Shown here piece by piece: positions 11,016-21,053 of a stretch of 22,200 nt of DNA. How positions within the stretch are numbered: position 1 is the stretch's first letter; every line of letters begins with the position of its first letter. Under the pieces are notes generated by a model. The model saw only the letters and a program-made list of their open reading frames with translations, did no database searches and had not been told where the DNA came from. This stretch comes from Rhynchopus sp. YZ270_cl-10 (Eukaryota). Location of the stretch: NCBI GenBank assembly GCA_964035575.1, contig OZ037845.1:1736001-1758200 (forward strand), in the 5' to 3' direction. The position numbers and the translations under genes were made by a program.

Positions 11016-14000
11016 ATGGTGACACACAGGAGGGTGTTGCTGCCGTTGCTGGTAACGTTGTGTGCAGCAGGTGCGCGAGGTGAAGAGACAGCGACCACAG
11101 GTGAGCCGCTGACGCTGAACGTGCTTGCGGAGAACCTGGAGGAGCACCTGGACGAGTTCCGTGGGACTGTGGTGAACTCTGTGATGAGCCTGGCGGAGGA
11201 GAAGATGGACAACCTGGGGATCACAGACGCGTTTGAGGAGGCCTTCAGAGACGACGCTGTGCTGGGGCAGCTGAAGACGAAGCTGGAGACTGGGCTGGAG
11301 GACATGATGACGTTCTTTGAGTCGGGGTCACCGTTTGACGGGATTGAGATGGTGACGGACCAGCTTGAGCCTGCGATGGACATGTTGACGGGTGTGTGCA
11401 ACCAGACTACAGGCCGGGCACGGCGCGAGGCCGCATTGCAGCAGGCACGTGCAGAGTACTTGCAGAAGAAGGAGAACAGGAGCGCAGGTAACAGCAAGAG
11501 AACGGCGGGGGTGCTGAGCGACTTTGCGAGCCCACTGCTCACAGCGTCGTTGGGTGTGGGCCTGCCTGGATGGGAGCTTCAGCTGACGACAAACTGGAAA
11601 GCGGGACTGTCGGTAGGTGGCGGGTTCTCGTTGGGTGTAGACACAGCAAACCCGAACCAGGTGTTCACGGGCGTTGGTGTTGGTGTCGACTTTTCACTTG
11701 AGAAGGGACAGAAGACTTGTGCTATCGACGCTGACTGCAAGGCTAAGGCGCGTCGGGCGACGATCTGCGAAGATAACAAGTGCACGCGTGTGTGCTCGAG
11801 CGCGGCAAGCTGCGGGCCGAAGGAGGCGTGCGACAACCTGCGCTGTGTGGTGGCGTGCGATGCGCACTACGACTGCGTCGGGCTGCAGAAGTGCGACATC
11901 GCAGGGACGAAGCGCTGCCAGCCTACTACAGCATGTGCCTCGGACAGCGGGTGCCACGTTGGGTCGGAGGTCTGCCTCGACAACAAGCGTTGTGTGCCGC
12001 GTGAGTGCACAAGCGATGCGCAGTGCACACCCGGCACTCAGTTCTGCCACAACCACCGCTGCCTGGCAAGCGAGTGTACAAAGGCGACGGAGGCGGCAGA
12101 CTGCACAAAAGCGGGGGAGATCTGTGTGACGCGGCAGTGTGTGCCTGCGGCAGGGCAGCCCTGTGCTGATGCTGCGAGCTGCGGGCTGGATGCGTACTGC
12201 AACGGAGGACTCTGTGTCGACAAGACACCTGCGCCCGGTGCTGCCATGTGCATGAGCAACAGCGACTGCAGCGTGCCTGGGGAGACGTGCCTGTCTGGTA
12301 GTGGTGAGTGCGGGATTGCTTGCAACAACGACGCTGACTGCGGCCTGGACGAGGGTTTGTGTATGTTTGTGTCGGGTTCGTGGCGGTGTGTAGCTGGCTC
12401 GAGTGGGCGGCGTGCACACGTGGTTTCGACGGAGGCAAGGAAGGGCTTTTGGAAGGAGGTGGGGGACTCGGTGGACATTTCACTAGACTGGTTCAAGGAT
12501 GCGTCGTCTTTCTCTGGGTTTGCTTTTGTGGTGTCTGTCTCAAACGAGTACCTGCGCAACTCTGCTCTGCACATCTCCAACCTGCACGTGACGCTGGCAC
12601 ACCCGCACTGGGGATGTTTGCGCGAGCCGGGTGTGGACGCGGATGCCTGGTGGCGTGGGGTTCAGTTTGCCGGGTTTGGCATCACGTTTGACCCACACTC
12701 AAACGTGGGGGCGGGGAAAAAGAAGGCTGCATCTGCATCGGCACTGACCAACCTGCGTGAGGCGCTGACGAACAAAGCGATGTTCGCGCAGATGATGCGG
12801 AGTGTGAAGACAGAACTCATTGCGGCTGTGGCGTCGACGGACGGGTTTGGGTTTTCGGAGGCCATCACCCTGGAAGACTCGAACAGCGGTGCGAGCCTTG
12901 GCTACGACGTGACGTCATGCCCCGTGTCGGCAGGTCGGGCGGCAGTGGCTACGTCAGATGGCGCAGCAGCAGCAGCGGAGCTGGTGGCCTTCCTCGAGCA
13001 GTCCTCAGACATTGTGACAAAGGGCGAGATTGTGATGCCCATGTGTGCAGGGGAGTGCGGGCCCACGAAAACAACGTTGTCTTCGATCATCGGGCAGGGA
13101 CGTGTCGGGCCGCCGAAGACGTGCGACGGCGTGGAGCTGAGCGTGGATGTGGCGGAGCTCACGATCGGGAGTGTTGCGTACCTCGCGACGTCCGGCGAGG
13201 TGGCGAGTGTCGGGAGCACGCTGCAGAGCATCATGGCACCTGTGCTGTCGATGGGGCTGCAGGACACGACGCTGGCCTTCTCGGTGACGGGGTCGAGGCT
13301 GAAACTGTCTGCAGTCGGGGGTGTGCTGCTGCCTGAGACGGACAGCGACTTTGTGGCGGTGCTGAAGGATATGGCGGAGAACATCCGTGTGGGGGTGTCT
13401 GCGTCGCTGACGTTTGAGGGAGATCTGGAGCTGGAGCTGCGCGTGGGGACGGACGCAGACACGGACAGGGCGAAGTACATCCGTGTGTCGAACGCGTTGG
13501 GCACGTTTGGTGCGGCGACGTACTTGCGGTTTGCGTACCTGATTCACACGGGCCAGCCGCGGCAGGAGCTTGGGGTGTCGCTTCCGTTGGTTGTGTGTGT
13601 CGAGGACTGCGGGGCTGTGGACCAGAAGGACGTCTACTTCGAAGGGGAGCTGTCCATGATTGTGACGCCTGCGGCGCAGACGGTGCGTGGGAAGCTGACC
13701 GCAGGAGGGTGGTACTACGAGGCGTTGAAGATTCCGTTCGTGCACATCGGGAACATGTTCCTGGGGATGGAGTGGGACGTCAAGTCGCCGCTGCCGACGG
13801 GGTTCATGCTGGGCGGTGCGGTGTGCCTCGGGTCGCGGGAGAACTGTCAGAACAAGGCGCAGCCATTCGTGGAGGGGCGCGCGTATGTTGGGGTGAGTGC
13901 GTCGCTGCCTGAGGACAACTTCTTTGTGGCGATGGTGACGAACCTGACGATTGGCGGCATTGCGGAGCTTGCGGCACAGGAGGTGCCGTGGCTGATGCTG

Positions 14001-17000
14001 CTTGCCGGCGAGGCGTCTGATGAGGCACTGGCGGTGGCGAAGGCGGCGTTTGCAGCACTTGGGGTCGACGTGTCGGCTGTGACGTCGACGCTTGAGGGAA
14101 TCCAGCAGGCACTGCCGCCGCAGTTCGCTGCGTCCGGGCTGTACCCGTACAGCAAGGACTATGCGACAGCGTGCCCTGAGGTGGACGCGGACGCCGTGCA
14201 CACGACCCTCGACATGGACTGCTACGCGTACCTTTCTTTCAGTCCGCTGAAGACGCAGGATATTGTGCTCGGGACGTCCACGCTGACTATACCGAAGGGG
14301 ATTGCGCTTGCAGGGCGCCTGAACTTTGTTGGGTGGGAGATGGCGGCAGAGGTGGCGATCAGCACGTCGCAGTTCTACATCAACGCAACGATGGACCCTG
14401 TGTTCATCCGGTTTGGGAATGTCGACTTCTTGCGCATCGGGTCGCACCTGGATGCAAACAAGGAGGCAGCGGGTGGGGCACGGTTCCTGGTGGACATGAA
14501 CATCCTCCCGCCGCGTGCAGAGGTCAACATCCAGGGCGCGTTTGACATCCCACTGCTGAAGTCGTACGGGGAGGTAGTGCTGGTGCTCGACTCAGAGAAG
14601 CTGGCGTTCCACTCGGAGATCAACCTCTTCAACGGAGCGCTTGCGTCGACTGCAGACGTGTACTTCCCGTGGGACTTCACAGCGTTCCACATGAGCCTGT
14701 CGGATATGGAGTTCCTGTACGGGCTGGTGACCGTGAGGCAGGTGAAGTTTGACTACGACGCTGCAGTGCCGCACCCGTATGCGATCTTCGATGCGCGGAT
14801 CGACGTGCTCTTTGCTGTGGGCGTGGAGGCGCAGCTGAAGGTGCAGGACGACACGCTCTCGTTTGCTGTGGGGCTGTCGGTGCTGGGGGTGACGAGCACC
14901 ATTTCGGGGACTGCGGCGATGGATACGTCAAACTTCCTGGACTCGTCGTTCTCTTTGAGTGTGGAGACCGACATCAACCCTGCGGCAGTGGTGGCGGCTG
15001 TTGTGGATGTGGCGGAAGATGTGGCGCAGGTTGCAAAGAATGTGTGGAACACTGTAACGACGGCGGTGTCAGATGCGTGGACCTTTGTGAAAGCGCAGTT
15101 CGACGTCCCGCCGCTGAACTATCTGGCGAGCACTCTGGGCCCCTTCCTGGACGATGTCGGCGGCGTGCTGGCGGACGTTGGGGGTGCGCTGATGGATGCA
15201 GGGCTGAGCGACATTGTCTCGCTTGGTCACGACTTCGCTGGTGGGGACTTCAGTGCGCTTGGAGACGCTGTGCACAACCTTGCTGGGACGTTTGGGATTG
15301 GCGGGTCACGTAACCACAGAGAGGTGGACGCAAACGAGGGGGTGAACGAATACGGGTGCAGGTGGAAGAAGATCCGCTACCAGACGTGCTACTGGACGCC
15401 TCGCATCTGCGCTCCTGAGGTGTGTGTGGCCGCGTTCTGCGAAGGTGGACAGTGCAGTGGGAACGTGTGCACAGGAGGTGGCTGCACCGGGTGCTGTGGG
15501 TGGGAGGTGTGCGTCCCTGAGGTCTGCACACCAGAGGTCTGCGTGCCGCGCGTCTGCTGGCCAAGGGTGTGCACACCGGGGCCCTGCCAAGACGGGTTCA
15601 CAACGTGCTCAGGATACAAGTACGGGACCAGGTTCCCAGACAAGACGTGCATGGAGAACATGGCAGCAGCGGCAACGGCTGTGGAGGCAAAGCTGGTCAC
15701 GATGAAGCGCAAGAACGACGCAGTGGTTGCATCGCAGACAGCGAATCCATCTCTGGCGAGTATGGTGGTGCCGAGTGTGGCAGTGGCGAGCGTGACGCTC
15801 ACGCTGCCACTTCATGGCACTAGTGCGGAGGGGACGCTTTCATCATCGGTTGGTGTTCTTGCAGGCCCGTGTGGCGGTGCCGGTGGTGTGCAACCAGCCT
15901 CAGCAGGGACGGTGGCCTTCAACATGGCGACCGAAGCTGAGTTCGCAGCGTCAGTAGCATCTGCACAGGTGGCACTTGCGGCAAGCGTATCGGGAGTGTT
16001 GCTGTCGAAGCAGTGCGGCCTGGGCACAGACATTCTGGCGGAGGCAGGGAAGGTAACGTATGCAACGCCCACACTTGCACCTGCGTCGGACTACTCAGTG
16101 TTGTGCTCACAGTCGCTGCACCTTCCTGCAGGGATGCCTGCCTTTGCGTCCGTGGACGCACGCTGCCACGCAGGGAAGGTGGTGCAGATGGTGTCCGCCA
16201 CATCACTGAGCGCGACTGCCTTCCCTAACCGTGTGTGCGGGTCGTCTTTCCTGCGGGTGCTGTGGAAGGGACACGACGCTGGCGTGTGTGGAGGAGAGAC
16301 GGAAGAGGTGGTGCAGGTGGTGACCGTGGTGCCGGTGGTGATTGAGTCCTTCCCAGAGGATGTGACGATCACGAACGAGGACAGCCTGCTGCCTTCTCAC
16401 ACAGGGGTGCCGGAGACGTCTGCGTGCTTTGACGGCGCGGATATCACGTACACGGACGTGGTGACTGCATCGCAAGCAGAGTGCGGAGTGTGGACTGTCG
16501 TGCGAACATGGACGGTGGAGCCGCCTGTGTTTGAAGAGTGCTCAGGAACGCACCTACAGGGGGAGACACGTGTGCAGAAGATCACTGTACGTGACGTTGC
16601 GGGGCCAGCCTTCACACGGTTGCCCGAGGAGCTGCTGTACGTGCCGTTCTTCGAGACGTGGGGGGTGAAGAGTGACATCCCGATGTCGGCAGAGTCGCTG
16701 GGGGCTGGGATGGAGGCACACGGTATGCACTCGTACCCGACGACGACGACTTCAAAGGACAGCGCACTGACGATCACAGCTGCAGACGCACCCGAGTCGC
16801 AGTGTCGTGCCGACGGACTGGCACGTTTTACGCGCACGTGGACGGTTGCGGACGCATGTGGGAACACGCGCACAGCAGAGCAGATTGTTGTTCTGCAGCA
16901 CCCGCCAGCAGAGCTGGTAGCAACGCAGACACGGAATCTGCACATGCTGTTTGCACACTCGACAGGCGTGGCGCAAGGTACGGACGTGTGCCACGCAGGG

Positions 17001-18878
17001 AAGGTGGTGACGGGGGGTAAGAGGGACTTTGTCCCCATCCACCACGGCGACCATGCGACAGACGATGTGTGCGGCTCGGGCCCGTGGGATGAGTCAGGCT
17101 GCCGCAAGCTGGCAGAGACTGTCGACTACGTGGCGCAGGTGCACGCAGTGGCACCTGTGTTCGCGACCTTCCCTGCCGACACAACAGTGGACCTTGGCTC
17201 GTCTGTGGAGCCGTCTGTGACGGGGTGGCCGTCTGTGCTGGCGTTCTGTGGGACGCCGTACACACTTGTGCACAGCGACGCTGCAGTGGTGGAGCAGGCT
17301 TGCGGGGCGTCAACCTTTGTGCGCACATGGAAGCTGCAGCCGTACTACATAGGGTGTGGGGACGCATCTGCCGTGTACGATGCGCGGCTGACAACAACGC
17401 GGGTGCAGGTCATCACTGTGCGTGCAGTACCTGCGACTGACGTGCTGAGTGCTCCCGGGGCCGTGACTGCGCAAGGGGTGTGCACACAGGGGCACTACGA
17501 CGTGAGCTTTGGGGCGTCGAGCACAGCAAGGCTGCCTGTGAACGGTGATACACTGAGCACACCTGCACTAGACCTGACGGGGATTGACAGCAAGCTGCAG
17601 GGGATGATGGCCTTCATCCCGCAGGATCCGCTTGTGGGTGGTGAGACTGTTACTGCGCGCTGCTGTGCCACAGGCGGCTGCGAGGTGGTGATTGCTGCGT
17701 ACAGCTGCCTGCCTTGCTCCGTGGGGCAGGACGGGGGGATCTCCAGCACGCTGTGCGGCCTGGGTCTGCAGAGCACGCCGTGTGGTGCACACTTTGGGGA
17801 CGACGGGAAGAACATGGACACGTTCCGCACCTTCCTTGATGCGGACACCGAGCTCAGCTTCACCCTCAACGGCCCAACAGAGGCGACGGCTGTGTTTGTG
17901 GGCACAGTAATCAAACATTCCGTGGTTGAGCTGCCTCCATCAACGACAGCTTCCCTCCTCCACGGGATTGCAGTTTTTGGGGGAACAAATGTGCACATCA
18001 CCTCCGACTCTCCAACTTTGACGTACTCACCCCAAGGTACGATGCGCGACAACATGCGGGCTTGGGGAGACAGAACATACACCCTCAGCAACATCCCCAT
18101 GGAGCTGCAGTCGGCAACATACTACCGCCCGTCATTGGTCAAGAGCATTGCATCAGGGACGGCGATCTCTGTCACGGGAACAGGATGGCTGACCATGTAC
18201 ATGATAGTTGAGGTTGGGTTCGGCCGTCATGGCAACTTCCCAGCATCACTCCCTGCGGCGGGGTGGACAGAAGTGCTTGCGGGCGAGAGACCTGAGTGGG
18301 TGCAAGGAGTGGGACTGCAGCACGAGATGGCAGTGTACAAGAAGCATATTGCGCTCACGGCTGTCGTGTTGCCTCCGTCAACGACAGCTTCCCTCGTCCA
18401 CGGGATTGCAGTTTTTGGGGGAACAAATGTGCACATCACCTCCGACTCTCCAACTTTGACGTACTCACCCCAAGGTACGATGCGCGACAACATGCGGGCT
18501 TGGGGAGACAGAACATACACCCTCAGCAACATCCCCACGGAGCTGCAGTCGGCAACGTACTACCGCCCGTCATTGGTCAAAAGCATTGAGTCAGGGACGG
18601 GGATCTATATCGCAGGAGAGGGCGTACTGACCATGTACATGATAGTTGAGGTTGGGCACGGCCGTCACGGCAACTTCCCAGCATCACTCCCTGCGGCGGG
18701 GTGGACAGAAGTGCTTGCGGGCGAGAGACCTGAGTGGGTGCAAGGAGTGGGACTGCAGCACGAGATGGCAGTGTACAAGAAGCAGATCCTACTGAATGAA
18801 CCCGCCTCCCGTGCCCCCGCTTCTGAGTGGTGCCCGCGTCAGCAGACCCCGTTCCCTTCATGTGTGTGCCCGGCCTGA
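11016..18878 (+). CDS. Giant (2620 aa) intronless secreted mosaic protein: signal peptide, Cys-rich repeats, beta-rich core, Cys ladder, HYR-like repeats, duplicated C-terminal domain
   Basis: A 7.9-kb uninterrupted GC-rich ORF with hydrophobic N-terminus (RRVLLPLLVTLCAAGARG), RARR dibasic site, CxxDxDC-type repeats (11718-12389) and HYR-like motifs (FPEDVTI, RTWTVADACGN, QVITV; about 16350-17430). No obvious C-terminal TM segment. Confidence 0.9.
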   Translation: MVTHRRVLLPLLVTLCAAGARGEETATTGEPLTLNVLAENLEEHLDEFRGTVVNSVMSLAEEKMDNLGITDAFEEAFRDDAVLGQLKTKLETGLEDMMTFFESGSPFDGIEMVTDQLEPAMDMLTGVCNQTTGRARREAALQQARAEYLQKKENRSAGNSKRTAGVLSDFASPLLTASLGVGLPGWELQLTTNWKAGLSVGGGFSLGVDTANPNQVFTGVGVGVDFSLEKGQKTCAIDADCKAKARRATICEDNKCTRVCSSAASCGPKEACDNLRCVVACDAHYDCVGLQKCDIAGTKRCQPTTACASDSGCHVGSEVCLDNKRCVPRECTSDAQCTPGTQFCHNHRCLASECTKATEAADCTKAGEICVTRQCVPAAGQPCADAASCGLDAYCNGGLCVDKTPAPGAAMCMSNSDCSVPGETCLSGSGECGIACNNDADCGLDEGLCMFVSGSWRCVAGSSGRRAHVVSTEARKGFWKEVGDSVDISLDWFKDASSFSGFAFVVSVSNEYLRNSALHISNLHVTLAHPHWGCLREPGVDADAWWRGVQFAGFGITFDPHSNVGAGKKKAASASALTNLREALTNKAMFAQMMRSVKTELIAAVASTDGFGFSEAITLEDSNSGASLGYDVTSCPVSAGRAAVATSDGAAAAAELVAFLEQSSDIVTKGEIVMPMCAGECGPTKTTLSSIIGQGRVGPPKTCDGVELSVDVAELTIGSVAYLATSGEVASVGSTLQSIMAPVLSMGLQDTTLAFSVTGSRLKLSAVGGVLLPETDSDFVAVLKDMAENIRVGVSASLTFEGDLELELRVGTDADTDRAKYIRVSNALGTFGAATYLRFAYLIHTGQPRQELGVSLPLVVCVEDCGAVDQKDVYFEGELSMIVTPAAQTVRGKLTAGGWYYEALKIPFVHIGNMFLGMEWDVKSPLPTGFMLGGAVCLGSRENCQNKAQPFVEGRAYVGVSASLPEDNFFVAMVTNLTIGGIAELAAQEVPWLMLLAGEASDEALAVAKAAFAALGVDVSAVTSTLEGIQQALPPQFAASGLYPYSKDYATACPEVDADAVHTTLDMDCYAYLSFSPLKTQDIVLGTSTLTIPKGIALAGRLNFVGWEMAAEVAISTSQFYINATMDPVFIRFGNVDFLRIGSHLDANKEAAGGARFLVDMNILPPRAEVNIQGAFDIPLLKSYGEVVLVLDSEKLAFHSEINLFNGALASTADVYFPWDFTAFHMSLSDMEFLYGLVTVRQVKFDYDAAVPHPYAIFDARIDVLFAVGVEAQLKVQDDTLSFAVGLSVLGVTSTISGTAAMDTSNFLDSSFSLSVETDINPAAVVAAVVDVAEDVAQVAKNVWNTVTTAVSDAWTFVKAQFDVPPLNYLASTLGPFLDDVGGVLADVGGALMDAGLSDIVSLGHDFAGGDFSALGDAVHNLAGTFGIGGSRNHREVDANEGVNEYGCRWKKIRYQTCYWTPRICAPEVCVAAFCEGGQCSGNVCTGGGCTGCCGWEVCVPEVCTPEVCVPRVCWPRVCTPGPCQDGFTTCSGYKYGTRFPDKTCMENMAAAATAVEAKLVTMKRKNDAVVASQTANPSLASMVVPSVAVASVTLTLPLHGTSAEGTLSSSVGVLAGPCGGAGGVQPASAGTVAFNMATEAEFAASVASAQVALAASVSGVLLSKQCGLGTDILAEAGKVTYATPTLAPASDYSVLCSQSLHLPAGMPAFASVDARCHAGKVVQMVSATSLSATAFPNRVCGSSFLRVLWKGHDAGVCGGETEEVVQVVTVVPVVIESFPEDVTITNEDSLLPSHTGVPETSACFDGADITYTDVVTASQAECGVWTVVRTWTVEPPVFEECSGTHLQGETRVQKITVRDVAGPAFTRLPEELLYVPFFETWGVKSDIPMSAESLGAGMEAHGMHSYPTTTTSKDSALTITAADAPESQCRADGLARFTRTWTVADACGNTRTAEQIVVLQHPPAELVATQTRNLHMLFAHSTGVAQGTDVCHAGKVVTGGKRDFVPIHHGDHATDDVCGSGPWDESGCRKLAETVDYVAQVHAVAPVFATFPADTTVDLGSSVEPSVTGWPSVLAFCGTPYTLVHSDAAVVEQACGASTFVRTWKLQPYYIGCGDASAVYDARLTTTRVQVITVRAVPATDVLSAPGAVTAQGVCTQGHYDVSFGASSTARLPVNGDTLSTPALDLTGIDSKLQGMMAFIPQDPLVGGETVTARCCATGGCEVVIAAYSCLPCSVGQDGGISSTLCGLGLQSTPCGAHFGDDGKNMDTFRTFLDADTELSFTLNGPTEATAVFVGTVIKHSVVELPPSTTASLLHGIAVFGGTNVHITSDSPTLTYSPQGTMRDNMRAWGDRTYTLSNIPMELQSATYYRPSLVKSIASGTAISVTGTGWLTMYMIVEVGFGRHGNFPASLPAAGWTEVLAGERPEWVQGVGLQHEMAVYKKHIALTAVVLPPSTTASLVHGIAVFGGTNVHITSDSPTLTYSPQGTMRDNMRAWGDRTYTLSNIPTELQSATYYRPSLVKSIESGTGIYIAGEGVLTMYMIVEVGHGRHGNFPASLPAAGWTEVLAGERPEWVQGVGLQHEMAVYKKQILLNEPASRAPASEWCPRQQTPFPSCVCPA
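17931..18788 (+). repeat. Intragenic near-identical tandem duplication, 438-nt (146-aa) period
   Basis: 17931-18350 and 18369-18788 both encode LPPSTTASL.HGIAVFGG...WGDRTYTLSNIP...HEMAVYKK.I. Confidence 0.95.
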
Positions 18879-19114
18879 GACCAGTCACACAGGGTTTGTG
18901 TATTCTTATTCTTCTTATTTTTTTTGCCCCCTTGCCTTGAAGGCATTTATTAGTCGTTATTAGCATTTGTTTTCTTCCTTGGATGTGTCCACGCGAGAGA
19001 CGGAATATTATTCAAGTTCCCCTTTTTTTGAATGGTGCACGGAGAGGCTCGGGGGGTTTTTAACGGTCCTCCTACAAGCTTCGCCAGCCCACTCTAAAAG
19101 CTATCAATGCATCA

Positions 19115-19593
19115 CAAAAAGGAAGGAAAACTCGAGGTAAGGACCTAAATGTCCTGTAGAGGATCTTTGGTTCCGAGTTCCCTTCCCCACTTTGGTGCAT
19201 TTGATGATTTTTTTGTACGATACGGGCCTCAGTTTCCTATTCGAGACTCTGAATTCCCCCGTTTGTTCAAAGCATTTTATTACTGTTTACTTCAATCTCT
19301 AACTCAACTTCTTCCCCCCTGTCACTCATTCCTGTCATACTGAATATCAATCAACGTACGTGCACATGGTCTTCTTGTTCATAGTGCGCAAGAGGAGGGT
19401 TTGCAGTGGATTTTTAAAATCCTAGTCTTAGCCATCCCACTCTGACAGCTTGTTCGTTGCCTATGAACTTTGGGAGTACCGTGCACCAAAAGAAGGAAAC
19501 AGGTGCGGGTCAAAATGTCCTGTAGAGGATCCTTGATTCCGAGTTCCTTTCCTTGCACTTGGTGAATTGTTGTTGTACGTTGCGTCATACAGT
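19115..19593. repeat. Diverged direct repeat of about 110 bp (about 19115-19232 and 19486-19593)
   Basis: Shared core AAATGTCCTGTAGAGGATC.TTG.TTCCGAGTTCC.TTCC, preceded by AAAA(G)GAAGGAAA and followed by TTGGTG.ATT...TTGTACG. Confidence 0.8.
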
Positions 19594-20228
19594 GCAACAT
19601 GCTGAGTCGGCCTAGCTCCGGCCGATTCAGCAAGTTGTGCATATTTTTTTTCGTTTCCCCCCTCGTTTTTTGTTCATTGTTCTTGTACACCATGACCCGT
19701 TTCTTTTCAGTTGTGTCCCAGACACACACTTTGATGCACAAGGTTCCTTATGCCAGGTTCCGTGTTGCCCACCATTGGATAGCCATTCTTGACATCTGAC
19801 ACATTCGTGGAGTGTGCTTTCCAATAGCTCTTTCACCTTTCACCTTGTCCTTAGATTTAGTTTGCGAATAGATCTATTTCATTTCATTTGTGTTACGTCG
19901 ATCGCTTTGCCACTTATCCCACTGCATCGCACGGCAAGACACACAATAAAAAGCTTCCTTTCGTGCAGCAGGATGTGAGCGGGCGACACGAGAGCGGCCA
20001 CCATAGAGCCTGCTCCCTTGCGCTTTTGTAGCATGCATTGTGATGGTTATTCCCCTCATGTCCCCTTTTTTGGAAGTGCCTCTTTTCTGTCACTCCCAGG
20101 GTCTTTTGTTCGCTTGTTTTCTCCCCCTTCCTACTGTCACAGAAACCTCCCTTTGTAACCTTTTCACTCATCCACAAACATGATCCACATCCGCACCCAT
20201 AACAGGATTATTTTACAACCAGGGAACG

Positions 20229-20498
20229 ATGAGGTCTCTGTGTGTGATGGCCCTACAAGAGTGCAGGTTCGCAGTGAAGAGGAGGTGAAGAGCGGTGAAG
20301 AGACAGCAACCACGAGCCGCTGATACTGAACATCTTGCGGAGAACGAAGAAAGAGAACAGGGGATGATGGGTAGGGAACAGCAAAAGAACGGGCCACTGC
20401 TCACAGCGTCGTTGACTGGATGGGAGCGTCGCAATGAAGGAACCTACTCACAGGATGGGAGCTTCAGGTGTCACAGAAGGAAGGGCTTTTGGAAGGAG
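20229..20498 (+). pseudogene. Collapsed, multiply deleted relic of the 5' part of the giant gene or a paralog
   Basis: Colinear matching blocks: 20294-20345 ~ 11079-11135; 20346-20392 ~ 11465-11505; 20394-20414 = 11532-11552; 20416-20427 and 20453-20467 ~ 11566-11582; 20477-20498 = 12437-12458. Frameshifted. Confidence 0.85.
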
Positions 20499-21049
20499 CA
20501 TCCTTGCACAGCATCCTTGCACAGCATCCTTGCACAGCATCCTTGCACAGCATCCTTGCACAGCATCCTTGCACAGCATCCTTGCACAGCATCCTTGCAC
20601 AGCATCCTTGCACAGCATCCTTGCACAGCATCCTTGCACAGCATCCTTGCACAGCATCCTTGCACAGCATCCTTGCACAGCATCCTTGCACAGCATCCTT
20701 GCACAGCATCCTTGCACAGCATCCTTGCACAGCATCCTTGCACAGCATCCTTGCACAGCATCCTTGCACAGCATCCTTGCACAGCATCCTTGCACAGCAT
20801 CCTTGCACAGCATCCTTGCACAGCATCCTTGCACAGCATCCTTGCACAGCATCCTTGCACAGCATCCTTGCACAGCATCCTTGCACAGCATCCTTGCACA
20901 GCATCCTTGCACAGCATCCTTGCACAGCATCCTTGCACAGCATCCTTGCACAGCATCCTTGCACAGCATCCTTGCACAGCATCCTTGCACAGCATCCTTG
21001 CACAGCATCCTTGCACAGCATCCTTGCACAGCATCCTTGCACAGCATCC
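20497..21049. repeat. Perfect 13-bp tandem repeat (AGCATCCTTGCAC), about 42.5 copies
   Basis: Read directly; no variant units seen. Confidence 0.98.
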
Positions 21050-21053
21050 CTGA

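Noticed and set aside
13005..14447. 480-aa minus-strand ORF and other antisense ORFs within the giant gene
   Set aside because: Shadow ORFs expected from GC-rich codon bias; Arg/His-rich with no motifs.
19379..20177. Short ORFs in the gap as a transposase or other gene
   Set aside because: No recognisable motifs, and they contain low-complexity A/T tracts.
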